Both the position numbers and the translations under genes were made by a program. This document shows positions 1 to 8,883 of a DNA stretch of 64,000 bases, piece by piece (positions within the stretch are counted from its first letter, which is position 1; each line of letters starts with the position of its first letter). The DNA is taken from positions 3,552,001 to 3,616,000 of the forward strand of contig CAWKDB010000010.1 in the NCBI GenBank assembly GCA_963848295.1. The letters run 5' to 3'. Source of the stretch: an uncultured delta proteobacterium (GTDB lineage: Bacteria > Myxococcota_A > Polyangia > Haliangiales > Haliangiaceae). The notes beneath the pieces are model-generated. The model was given only the letters and a program-made list of their open reading frames with translations, was not told the DNA's origin and made no database searches.

Positions 1-451
1 CAATCGTGAGCGGGATCGCAAAGCCCGTGAGATCGTCGCCGTGGAACCGCACGTAGCTGATCCCGAGCGAGGCATGTGCGAAGGGCCAGAGCTCGCCCTG
101 GCCATGGAAGTAACGGCGTACCCCCGCTTGCAGCTGGAGCTCGACGCCGTCGAGTGCGCCGTGCTCGCACACGAAGTTGTTGTCGCGATCGCGGAAGCAC
201 GCCGCACCGCCGCCGCCGAACGTGAACGCCGCGGCGCCATCGAACCAATCGCGGTCTGAAAGTTGGTAGAGATAGTGGCCGGCGAGCGCGAGGCCACCCG
301 GCGTATCGCGGCCGCCGATCGCGAGGCCGACCGAGCCGCCGATCGCTTGCGACGTCATATCGGGCGGCGCGACCGCAGCGGGTGGTGGATCCGCGATCGC
401 GACATGCGATCCGCCGAGCGCGAGCGCGATGGCGATCAGTCGCCGCGACAC
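1..451 (-). CDS. Secreted/outer-membrane beta-barrel-like protein, C-terminus runs off the window edge
   Basis: Not in ORF track (open at edge); own translation VSRRLIAIALALGGSHVAIADPPP...GLALAGHYLYQLSDRDWFDG...QLQAGVRRYFHG...LWPFAHASLGISYVRF: signal peptide plus amphipathic beta-strand pattern. Confidence 0.7.
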   Translation of the reverse strand, partial: MSRRLIAIALALGGSHVAIADPPPAAVAPPDMTSQAIGGSVGLAIGGRDTPGGLALAGHYLYQLSDRDWFDGAAAFTFGGGGAACFRDRDNNFVCEHGALDGVELQLQAGVRRYFHGQGELWPFAHASLGISYVRFHGDDLTGFAIPLTI

Positions 452-783
452 ACCATCACCGATTGGCCGGTATCGCCGTGACCGTCACGTGTCTTGCAGC
501 CATAACCATCGCCGAGGAACGCGCAGTCGGAGTCTTGCGCGCACAAGAACTCGCACGCACCCGTGCCTTGCTCGTCGGCGCACGTCGCGCCGCTGTCGCT
601 GTCGCAGTCGAGCGCGCTATCGCAGATCGTCGTGCAGAACCCGCCGGGCCAGTCCATGCCCGGCGGCAGGCACTCTTCGTCGCACTCCGACGCGAGGTCG
701 CAGCGCGCGCCGAGTGAACGCGAGACGTCGCTGCTCTGACACGCGACGAGCGTGGTCACGATCACGACGAGCACCCAACGCAT
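436..783 (-). CDS. Cys-rich lipoprotein
   Basis: C-terminal part of ORF 436..1464: MRWVLVVIVTTLVAC lipobox followed by many Cys (GGFCTTICDSALDC, CEFLCAQDSDC). Confidence 0.8.
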   Translation of the reverse strand: MRWVLVVIVTTLVACQSSDVSRSLGARCDLASECDEECLPPGMDWPGGFCTTICDSALDCDSDSGATCADEQGTGACEFLCAQDSDCAFLGDGYGCKTRDGHGDTGQSVMVCRGD

Positions 784-821
784 ACGGCAGGACGCTACCG
801 CGCGAGACCCCGACGCGCCAG

Positions 822-1457
822 TTACCGCGCTCGCCGGCGACGACCTGCCCCGGCGGCGTGAGCGAGCGCCGAGATCAACGCCTCGGCGGCGCGAGGCGAA
901 ACGCGCGCGGCCTCGATCAGCGGCTGCAACGATGTCTCGAGGTCCGCCGAGCCGCGCCACGGGCCGGCGGCGGCCCACACGCGCTCGAGCGCGCGCTGCG
1001 CCGCGACCTCGCCGATCAACACGGCAAACTGGGGCGTCGCGATCGAAGCGAGTCGCGCGAGCTCGCCGATCGTATACGCCGCGAGGCGACCTCCCCATAG
1101 TAACCAGTCGGCGAGCGCTTCCCATTCCGGCGCATCGACGATCGCAGCCTCCGGCGGCGCTTCCGGCACGCGGACGACGTTCGGTGCGACCGCGCCTTGA
1201 TCGGGCGGCGTGATCACGACATGGCGCTCGCTGTCGCGCTCGATGACGAGCATGCGCACGAACCGGCGTCGGATCCGCGCCGCGCTCGTCCGCGCCGCGA
1301 CACAGCCATCGATCGCGGTCGCCACAAACCCATCGAGCGAATGGCGCCGCAGCCGGCCGTCCGGCATGCGCAGCACGATCGCGGCAGGCTCGAGCTGGAG
1401 CTCGGCGCGCGCCGGCTTCCACGGCAGCGGGTCGCGATACAGTGCGGTCCGGCCCAC
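822..1457 (-). CDS. Hypothetical protein
   Basis: ORF 822..1544 with globular-looking sequence; GTG at 1457 lies 6 nt after TGC-TATCCT extended -10-like box. Confidence 0.65.
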   Translation of the reverse strand: MGRTALYRDPLPWKPARAELQLEPAAIVLRMPDGRLRRHSLDGFVATAIDGCVAARTSAARIRRRFVRMLVIERDSERHVVITPPDQGAVAPNVVRVPEAPPEAAIVDAPEWEALADWLLWGGRLAAYTIGELARLASIATPQFAVLIGEVAAQRALERVWAAAGPWRGSADLETSLQPLIEAARVSPRAAEALISALAHAAGAGRRRRAR

Positions 1458-1491
1458 CCAGCAAGGATAGCAGCGTGGTTCGGGGTCGCGA

Positions 1492-2355
1492 CTACTTGGT
1501 TTTGGGGGCGGCCCGAGGGCCGCGCTTGCCCTTGCCGGACGCACCCTTGGCGTTCTCTGGAGGCACGGTCTTCTTCGATTGCAGCCGGCGAATCGCGCGT
1601 AACCGGAGCTGGCGGTCGAGCTTCGGCGTGAACACCTTCATCTCGACGTCTTGGAACGTGCCGTCCCGCAAGCTCGCATCTTCTTTCAACAGCACCGCGC
1701 GCAGCTGGTCGGGTGACTGCAGCGAGCGCAGCTTCGCGATCGTGGCGGTGTTGCGCAGCGCACGCGCGAGCCGGCCGAGGATCGGCAAGTGCAAGCGGTC
1801 GTACTTGAGGCCGAGCAAGAAGAACAAGTACGTCGGGTTGCCATCGGGAGCACCGAACGCGATGCCCTCCCACGACCGACCGACGATGATGAACGGCCGG
1901 GCGATCTTGCCCTTGTCCTTCGCCCGCGTGTGCAGGAACGCCACGCCGCCGTCCATCGCGGTCGACGACAGCGATTCGCGCTCGACCACGGCGCCTACGA
2001 ACCACGGCTTGTCGGCGAGCCATCCGTTGGTGTACGCGCGCGCCGCGAGCTCTTCGATCACGCCGATCGGCGTCTTCGCGCGTAAGTTCGGCACGATCGC
2101 CTGATCCGGTAGCAAGTCCTCGAGCGGCAGCTTCATGCCGTCCGGGATGTCGACGAAGCTCTCGTCCTCGCCGACCAGCTGTTGCTGGATCCAATCGTCG
2201 ATCACGCCGCGCTTGAAGCGCCATTGGCGATCGACCTGGAGCGACGGGATCTTACCCGCGGTGACGAGCTTGCCAACCGTCGCCTCGTCGAGGTGAAGGT
2301 AGTGCGCGAGCTCGCTCATCGTGAGCAGCGGCCCCTCGGATTGCTTCTTCGGCAT
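1492..2355 (-). CDS. Excisionase-type HTH fused to PTS EIIA (PtsN/Ntr-like) domain
   Basis: N-term LLTMSELAHYLHLDEATVGKLVTAGKIPSLQVDRQWRF (HTH_17 pattern); RESLSSTAMDGGVAFLH EIIA phospho-His motif; GIAFGAPDGNP. Confidence 0.88.
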   Translation of the reverse strand: MPKKQSEGPLLTMSELAHYLHLDEATVGKLVTAGKIPSLQVDRQWRFKRGVIDDWIQQQLVGEDESFVDIPDGMKLPLEDLLPDQAIVPNLRAKTPIGVIEELAARAYTNGWLADKPWFVGAVVERESLSSTAMDGGVAFLHTRAKDKGKIARPFIIVGRSWEGIAFGAPDGNPTYLFFLLGLKYDRLHLPILGRLARALRNTATIAKLRSLQSPDQLRAVLLKEDASLRDGTFQDVEMKVFTPKLDRQLRLRAIRRLQSKKTVPPENAKGASGKGKRGPRAAPKTK

Positions 2356-2439
2356 CTAGTTTCCGCCGCCATAGTAGACCGGCCGGGCGGTTTGGGCCAG
2401 AACGCGCGCGCCACGCCTCGACAGCGTAGAATTTGCGGG

Positions 2440-3354
2440 ATGGCCGACAAGCCGGCGAAGCCGCGCCGCACGCGCGGGCGGTGGTCTCTGCGACGCGCTC
2501 GCGTGCTGGTTGGCACGAAGTTCTTGCTGATCGCCGGACTGGTCGGGTTCGTCGTCGTCGCTTGGCTCGCCGAGCAGATCGGCGGGCTCGAGCCGGTCGC
2601 GCTCGGGCCACTACTCAAGCTCGTGATCGCGGGTGTGCCCGCCGCGTTCTGGCTCGGGTTCTTTTACTTGCTCGATCGTCACGAGCCCGAGCCGAAACAG
2701 CTCGTGCTCGGCGTCGCGGTGCTCGGCGTGTTGATCGCGGGACCGCTGTCCGACTTCGTCCTCGCCCAGGCAGTCCCCGCTGAGACGCTGACCGTGCAGA
2801 GCACGTCGCCGCTGTCGTTCGAACGCGTGTTCGAAGCGGTGCTCATCATCGGGCTCGCGCAGGAGATGTGCAAGTACGCGGTCGTGCGCTACTCGATCTA
2901 CATGTCGCGCGAGTTCGACGAGCCGATGGACGGCATCGTCTACATGATGGCGTGCGGCACCGGGTTCGCGGTGTGGAAGAACTATCACTGGCTGTCGGGC
3001 AAGGATTCGAGCAACTTCGATCTGACGATCGCGGCCTCGCATGTCGCCGTCACGACGCTCGCTCATGCGTCGTTCGCGGGCGCGCTCGGCTATGTCATGG
3101 GCCGCGCGAAGTTCTCGCGGCGGAGCGCGACGGTGCGCGGCATCTTGTTGATGCTCGGCTTGCTCCTCGCGGCCGCGCTCAACGGTCAGTTCGAGCTCGT
3201 CGAGCGGTTCGTCGAGCAGGTCGGCATGACCCAGCACCCTTGGCGCGGCATCGGTTACGCGGCGCTGTACGCGTCGGCGGTGTTCATCGCGATCTGGTTC
3301 GCGGCGCAACGGTTGCTCGCGGTGTCACCGTTTCGGAAGGACAAGCCGGCGTGA
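2440..3354 (+). CDS. PrsW-family intramembrane protein with degenerate catalytic motifs
   Basis: LDRHEPEP, QEMCK, EFDEPMDGIVY..ACGTGFA, HASF, multiple TM helices. Confidence 0.85.
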   Translation: MADKPAKPRRTRGRWSLRRARVLVGTKFLLIAGLVGFVVVAWLAEQIGGLEPVALGPLLKLVIAGVPAAFWLGFFYLLDRHEPEPKQLVLGVAVLGVLIAGPLSDFVLAQAVPAETLTVQSTSPLSFERVFEAVLIIGLAQEMCKYAVVRYSIYMSREFDEPMDGIVYMMACGTGFAVWKNYHWLSGKDSSNFDLTIAASHVAVTTLAHASFAGALGYVMGRAKFSRRSATVRGILLMLGLLLAAALNGQFELVERFVEQVGMTQHPWRGIGYAALYASAVFIAIWFAAQRLLAVSPFRKDKPA

Positions 3355-5444
3355 CCGACGACGGCGAGCCCAAGCCGGAGCCCGAGCCCGCGAAGGTTCC
3401 GGAGATCGAAGCCGTCCCCGCGCCGCCGGTGTTACCGACGCCAGAACAAGCCGCGCTCGAGACCGCGCGGATCGTTAGCGAGATGGTCGACATCGATAGC
3501 GAATCGGGCGCGGTGATCGTCGCGGCGGCGGCGGCCGGGGCCGCGATCGCGGCGGCGCCTGCGAGCGATGACACGCGCAACGCCGATCCGGCGACGACGC
3601 TGAAGCTGTCACGCGAGCGCATCTTGCGCGCGATCTCCGAAGACGATCGAGCACAGGTCGCCAGCGATCCGGTGGCGATCGCGGCCGCGGCGATCACGCG
3701 GCTGCGCCGGCGCGCGACCACCGACCTGGCCGAGCTCCGCGAGCAGTACCACCGGCTCGACGGCCTCGTCGTGCTGTTCGCGTTCGCGATCATCGTCGTC
3801 GCGGGCCGGCTGCACCGCGACATGGTCACGCCCGATGTCCAGACGTTCGACCACCAAGGCCTGACGTTCGATCATCCGTCCGGCTGGGTCTCGAGCCCGC
3901 TCGCGTTGCCGGCGCCGCGCATCGCGCACGATCCGAGTGGCATCGCGCCACACGACGACGGCGTCTATCACGTCCAGCTCGACACGCTCGGCGGTAGCGC
4001 CCGGATCGAGGTGTTGATCGATCACAAGCCCGCGTGGTCGAACATCCAGATCGGGCTCGATCTCGCGCGGCGCACTCGCTACGGCGAGCAGTACGCGCAG
4101 GAGAGCACCACGATCCGCTCGATCGCTAACCACGATTGGTTTCGCACCGCCTACGTCTATGCCGACATCGCCGAGCAACGCGTGCCGGCGCGTGCCGGGT
4201 TCGCGGCGGTCGAATACGCGACGATCGATCGCGATCAGCTCTATGTCGTCACGCTGTTCGGCACCCCGCGCGAGCTCGCGGTGCTGGAGGCCGACGTCGC
4301 CCCGACGCTACGCGTGCAATCGGACATCGTGCTGCTCACGTCACAGACGACGGTGTTGGCCCGGCGCAAGTTCCCGCGCGAGGTCGGCCGCGCATTCGAC
4401 TCGACCGTCATGGTCGTCGTCGCCGATCTGATCGACGGGCGGTTGCGCGTCCGCGGCGCGGGATCGGGCGTGATCGTCGGCGCCGATGGCTCGATCCTCA
4501 CCGCGTATCACGTACTGCATGGCCAGGATCCGCGACTGCACGACGTGTTCGTGGTCGCGCGCTACAAGTCGCTCGACGCGCCGCCCCAGTTGCAGTGCGC
4601 GGGCCGGCCCAGTCGCAGCAAGTTCCTCGTCGATCGCGATCTCGCGCTGATCAAGTGCGATCTCGATCTCGACGGCAGGACCTGGAATCCGGCGACGAGC
4701 GGGGGCTTGTGGCCGACCTTGCCCGATGCGCGCGGCAGCGAGCTCAAGATCGGCCAGCTCGTGTGGGTGCTCGGCTATCCCGAGTCCGATGGCGGCGGGC
4801 TCACGCTGTCGCAAGGCAACGTCCAAGGCTGGACCGGGCTCGACGGCGCGACCGGTCGCGACTACATCAAGACCGACGCGTCGATCACGCACGGCAACTC
4901 TGGCGGCCCGGTCGTCGACAACGATGGCCGGCTGGTCGGCATCGCGACCGCCTTTCGCGCGATCGCGACCGACGAGGGCGGGACGACCGAGCTGTCCCAT
5001 ACCGGACTCGTGCGACCGATCCAGCTCGCGAGCCCGTTACTCGATATCGCCGCGACGGGTTGGATCCCGCGCGAGGGCTACAACAGCGCGGACGTCGCCC
5101 CGAGCGCGGTCGAGGCCGCGCCGGAAGGCGTGCGGATCTATACGACGGTGATCGATCACGCGACGAAGGCGCCGATTCGCGATGCGAACGTCGTCGTGTT
5201 GCGCGCCGGCATCGCGGCGAGCGAGATCGACATGAATCGGCTCGACGACCAGACGCTCGCCTGGGGCCGCACGAACGCCCAGGGCGAAGTCCGACTCAAG
5301 CAGCTCGTGCCGCCCGGCGACTACAGCGTGATCGTGCTCGCCGCAGGCTTCGAGCCGCTGATCGGTGATCGCGAGCTCCACATCGATGCGAACACGCCGC
5401 CGCGCATCGATCCGTGGACGACCGTCGAGCTGCTCGCCCGCTGA
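3351..5444 (+). CDS. Membrane-anchored trypsin-like (S1) serine protease, multidomain
   Basis: TM GLVVLFAFAIIVVAG; GSGVIV...ILTAYHV, DRDLAL, TDASITHGNSGGP catalytic triad; C-terminal carboxypeptidase-regulatory-like beta-sandwich; GTGA overlap with upstream stop. Confidence 0.85.
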   Translation: MTDDGEPKPEPEPAKVPEIEAVPAPPVLPTPEQAALETARIVSEMVDIDSESGAVIVAAAAAGAAIAAAPASDDTRNADPATTLKLSRERILRAISEDDRAQVASDPVAIAAAAITRLRRRATTDLAELREQYHRLDGLVVLFAFAIIVVAGRLHRDMVTPDVQTFDHQGLTFDHPSGWVSSPLALPAPRIAHDPSGIAPHDDGVYHVQLDTLGGSARIEVLIDHKPAWSNIQIGLDLARRTRYGEQYAQESTTIRSIANHDWFRTAYVYADIAEQRVPARAGFAAVEYATIDRDQLYVVTLFGTPRELAVLEADVAPTLRVQSDIVLLTSQTTVLARRKFPREVGRAFDSTVMVVVADLIDGRLRVRGAGSGVIVGADGSILTAYHVLHGQDPRLHDVFVVARYKSLDAPPQLQCAGRPSRSKFLVDRDLALIKCDLDLDGRTWNPATSGGLWPTLPDARGSELKIGQLVWVLGYPESDGGGLTLSQGNVQGWTGLDGATGRDYIKTDASITHGNSGGPVVDNDGRLVGIATAFRAIATDEGGTTELSHTGLVRPIQLASPLLDIAATGWIPREGYNSADVAPSAVEAAPEGVRIYTTVIDHATKAPIRDANVVVLRAGIAASEIDMNRLDDQTLAWGRTNAQGEVRLKQLVPPGDYSVIVLAAGFEPLIGDRELHIDANTPPRIDPWTTVELLAR

Positions 5445-5452
5445 CCTGGCCC

Positions 5453-5917
5453 ATGCGAGACAAGGCCGCGCTCAAAGCCGAGCTGATCGCGATGCTCGCC
5501 GCCGCGCACGACACCGCCCAGCGCGCCCATCGCGCGGCGCTCGAAGGTGCGACCCACTCCGAGGCGCGCGCCGAAAACTCGAAGGACACGCGCGGGCTCG
5601 AGCAGTCGTATCTCGCGCGGGGCCAAGCGCAGCGCAGCGCCGAGCTCGAGACTGCGGTCGCCGAGGTCACCGCGCTGGTGATCGAGCCGCGCACGCGCGT
5701 CATGGCCGGCGCGTTGGTCACGGTCGAAGAGGGCGATGCCGAGACCGAGTTGTTCGTCGCTCCTCATGGCGGCGGTAGCCTGCTTGCCGGTGGTGTGCAA
5801 GTCGTCACGCCGGTTTCGCCGCTCGGGCGCGCGCTGGTCGGCAAGCGAGTCGGTGACGAGGTCGAGGTCGTACTCCCGGGGCGGAGGCGTTCGCTCGTGA
5901 TCGTTCACGTCGCGTAG
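5453..5917 (+). CDS. GreA/GreB-family protein (AENxxDT subtype)
   Basis: ATHSEARAENSKDTRGLEQSYLARGQ; C-term VVTPVSPLGRALVGKRVGDEVEV. Confidence 0.85.
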   Translation: MRDKAALKAELIAMLAAAHDTAQRAHRAALEGATHSEARAENSKDTRGLEQSYLARGQAQRSAELETAVAEVTALVIEPRTRVMAGALVTVEEGDAETELFVAPHGGGSLLAGGVQVVTPVSPLGRALVGKRVGDEVEVVLPGRRRSLVIVHVA

Positions 5918-5965
5918 CGCATTTCATGCCTTGAACCACGACACCCGGCGGTCTATCCACTAGGC

Positions 5966-6880
5966 GTGAAACTCACCCTCGTCTTGCTCGTCGCTTGTAG
6001 CTCGCAACCGGCGTACCTGCCGAGCTCACCGATCGCGAGATGCCCATCGCCGCCGGCGGCGAGCCCGGTCGTCGCGTCGGCACCGGCGCAGCCCGAATCC
6101 GAGCCAGGGCGCGCCGGCGACCTCCGCGCGGAGCTCGCTCGCCTCGACCGCGAGATCGACGCGCTCGACAACGAGATCGCCACGTTTGCGCCGCCGGCCG
6201 CGAGCCGCGATGCCGCGATCATGGAGACGGCCGAGCGCGAACCGGCGATCGTGCGCGCGAGTCTCGACGGCGATCTCGCCGGCGCCCCGAGCGAGATGCG
6301 TCACATCGCGGCGCTATTCTACGCGCGGCGCGTGAAGCAGCTCGAGCTCGAACGCGACCTCGGGCCACGGATGCCCGAAGTCATCGCCGGGCGCAAGTCG
6401 ATCGAGTGGCTGCGCGACGCGTTCGAACGGCAGCGCGACGTCGAGCTCGCCGAGCTCCACGAGCTGCGCAAGACGTACTCCGAGCTTCGTCCCGGCGCGC
6501 GTCCCGTCGATGTCCGCAACGCGCGGCTGCGCGCGGAGATCGTCACATATGTCTCGGCGGCCGCGACCGGGCTCGAGCCGAGCGACGCGCCAGCCGAGAT
6601 CCGGATACCGGTCGAGCGCTGGTTCGACGGAGAGCACCGCCTCGCCGACGCCGGCACAGAGCTCGGCCCGAAGCATCCGGAGATGGTCGCGGCCGCTGCG
6701 TTACGCGATCAGGCTCGCGAAGACCTCGAGCGCGCGATCAAGGCGACCGCCGACGAGCTGCTCGCGCAGATCGCAGCGCCGGTCGCAGCGACGGCGGCGG
6801 TCGATCCCAGCAAGATCATGCGGCGTGTCGAGCTCGCCGCGCGCGCCCGCGAGCTACGCGCCGAGCTCGCCGCGCTCTAG
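5966..6880 (+). CDS. Coiled-coil lipoprotein, hypothetical
   Basis: MKLTLVLLVAC lipobox; helical; two LGPxxPE motifs. Confidence 0.7.
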   Translation: MKLTLVLLVACSSQPAYLPSSPIARCPSPPAASPVVASAPAQPESEPGRAGDLRAELARLDREIDALDNEIATFAPPAASRDAAIMETAEREPAIVRASLDGDLAGAPSEMRHIAALFYARRVKQLELERDLGPRMPEVIAGRKSIEWLRDAFERQRDVELAELHELRKTYSELRPGARPVDVRNARLRAEIVTYVSAAATGLEPSDAPAEIRIPVERWFDGEHRLADAGTELGPKHPEMVAAAALRDQAREDLERAIKATADELLAQIAAPVAATAAVDPSKIMRRVELAARARELRAELAAL

Positions 6881-6885
6881 ACTGT

Positions 6886-8103
6886 TTAGCTCGAGAACAC
6901 GTCGAGCTTGGCCTCGGCGTCGCGCAGCAGCTGCTCGTGCTGCGGGTCCGGCACCCCGCGCCGGCGGAAGAAGCCCATCGCGGTCACGATCGCGTCGGTG
7001 CCGACCAGCGTATCGAGCAACACGTTCGCGATGAGCGCGAGCACCGATGTCACCACGCGCCAGTAGCTGAAGTGCAGCTGGTGGATGAAGTCGGCCAGGC
7101 CGTAGACCATCAAGCAGGCCGACATGACGATGATGCCGATGTACGCGAGCCAGGTCTTGTGGATGCGATCGTGTGACTCCTGCTTGGACAGCGGCACGGT
7201 GAGCCGACGCCCGGCGACGCCGATGAACACCTGCGCGACGAGGATCCCCGCATTGCCGGCGACGAAGTGCCAGCTGCCGGTCACCTGGTACGGCAGCAAC
7301 ACGATGATGTACGCGAACAGCGCGTAGAACGGCGCCGCGATCATCATCAGCCAGCCCGGCGCGGTCGTGCCCGGGAACAGCAGCTTGGTCACGATCGACG
7401 CGCGGATCAGGCCGGGCATCAGCGAGATGACTTTAGGTCCGAGCGCGAGCAGCGCCTGCACGCCGTACGCGAGCCCGACGATCAGATGCGCCTGGCTCCA
7501 CGTGATCCCGAGATGGACGTTGCCGACCTCGGCGGCGCTGACGAGATCGTGCCAGCTGTCGAACGCGGTGCGGAACGGATAGAGGTACACGACGAACGGC
7601 GCGATGAAGTACAGCGACCATGCGATGAACAGCACGCGGCGTTGTCGTTTCCACTGCGCCCAGTTGCGCAGCTGATCGAACGCGACGATGCAGAACAGCG
7701 CCTCGGTGATCGCCGGGAACAACGTGAACGCGCGCCCGGCGGCCGGCAGCGCCCGGCCATCGAACGCTTCGATGAACCGCGACACCGACAGCGGGATGAA
7801 CAAGATCGCGACGAACAGCAGCACCGAGCGCCGCCACGCGAGGAACGCCTGCTGATCCGGATCGCGGATGTGACTCGCCTGCGCCAGCAGGTGCGCGCGC
7901 TCGCTCGGCAGTACCTCGTCGGGCTTGATGTCGAGCCGATACGCGCGGCGCAGCGACACGCCGAGAAAGCTGCCGGTGAACGTGTCGCCCGCTTTCGTGA
8001 CCGGCACGACGACGGCGGTCGCGAGCTCGGGCGATGGGGCGGGCTGCTCCGCGGGATCCGTCGGGACGCCCATGCCGTGTTGCGTGCGTCGCTCGTCGTC
8101 CAT
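6886..8103 (-). CDS. Polytopic membrane protein, hypothetical
   Basis: 405 aa ORF with about 8 hydrophobic segments. Confidence 0.8.
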   Translation of the reverse strand: MDDERRTQHGMGVPTDPAEQPAPSPELATAVVVPVTKAGDTFTGSFLGVSLRRAYRLDIKPDEVLPSERAHLLAQASHIRDPDQQAFLAWRRSVLLFVAILFIPLSVSRFIEAFDGRALPAAGRAFTLFPAITEALFCIVAFDQLRNWAQWKRQRRVLFIAWSLYFIAPFVVYLYPFRTAFDSWHDLVSAAEVGNVHLGITWSQAHLIVGLAYGVQALLALGPKVISLMPGLIRASIVTKLLFPGTTAPGWLMMIAAPFYALFAYIIVLLPYQVTGSWHFVAGNAGILVAQVFIGVAGRRLTVPLSKQESHDRIHKTWLAYIGIIVMSACLMVYGLADFIHQLHFSYWRVVTSVLALIANVLLDTLVGTDAIVTAMGFFRRRGVPDPQHEQLLRDAEAKLDVFSS

Positions 8104-8226
8104 CGGCCGCCCAGATGTTAGCCGATCACCGCGTCTCGAGGAACGCGCCGGGCTCGTGCGGTGATTGCTCGCCGTAATGATGGCCGCGTCGTTGCTCGGC
8201 GGCGCGGGTCACCGCAAGATAACGGC

Positions 8227-8883
8227 GTGCGGGTCGCTGCGTGGATCTTCGTCGTCTGCGCGGTCGCGACCGCGATCGGCGTGTTCGTGCCCGCGCTCGA
8301 GGTCCGGGTCGGCGGTAACCCGCTGGCGAAGCGAACCTCGCTGTCGATCTATCGCGCGAACACGAACAGCGAGTTCATTCGCCGCCTCGTCGCCGGCTAC
8401 AAAGCGAGCTCGGGCAAGAAGCTGGGGACGGCGGTCGCCGCGGAATTGATGCCGCGCGTCGGCGGTAAGTTGCACGGGATGCTCGACGACGCGAATTCGG
8501 CGATGACGAGCCTCGACGACGTCAGCGACAGCGACGCGAAGACGCTAGCGCGCGTGCTCGCGATCGCGCTGTGGACGTTCATCGCGTTGCACGTCGCGAT
8601 GGCGCTGGTCGTCGGCGCCGACCTCGTGCGCGATCGGTTTCGCCGCGGTCGGTTGATCGCCGCGCTCGCGATGGCGGTCATCTCCGCGGCGGTCGGCATC
8701 GGGGTTCACGTCGGCTGCAGCATGGCGATCGCGGAAGCGAACGACGACCTCGGTAAGGATCTGATCGGCTACGGCGCCGGCGCGTGGCTGATCCCGATCG
8801 CAGCCGTCGGCGGGCTCGGCGCGGCGATCGCGTTGCTCGTGCTCCATCGTCGAGCGGGCTCGCCCGCCGCTGCTAGCGGATGA
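8227..8883 (+). CDS. Membrane protein, hypothetical
   Basis: About 4 TM segments in ORF 8161..8883; start re-assigned to GTG 8227. Confidence 0.7.
   Translation: MRVAAWIFVVCAVATAIGVFVPALEVRVGGNPLAKRTSLSIYRANTNSEFIRRLVAGYKASSGKKLGTAVAAELMPRVGGKLHGMLDDANSAMTSLDDVSDSDAKTLARVLAIALWTFIALHVAMALVVGADLVRDRFRRGRLIAALAMAVISAAVGIGVHVGCSMAIAEANDDLGKDLIGYGAGAWLIPIAAVGGLGAAIALLVLHRRAGSPAAASG

Noticed and set aside
1492..2355. Prophage or integrative element implied by the excisionase-like HTH
   Set aside because: The HTH is fused to EIIA; no integrase, att sites or phage genes nearby
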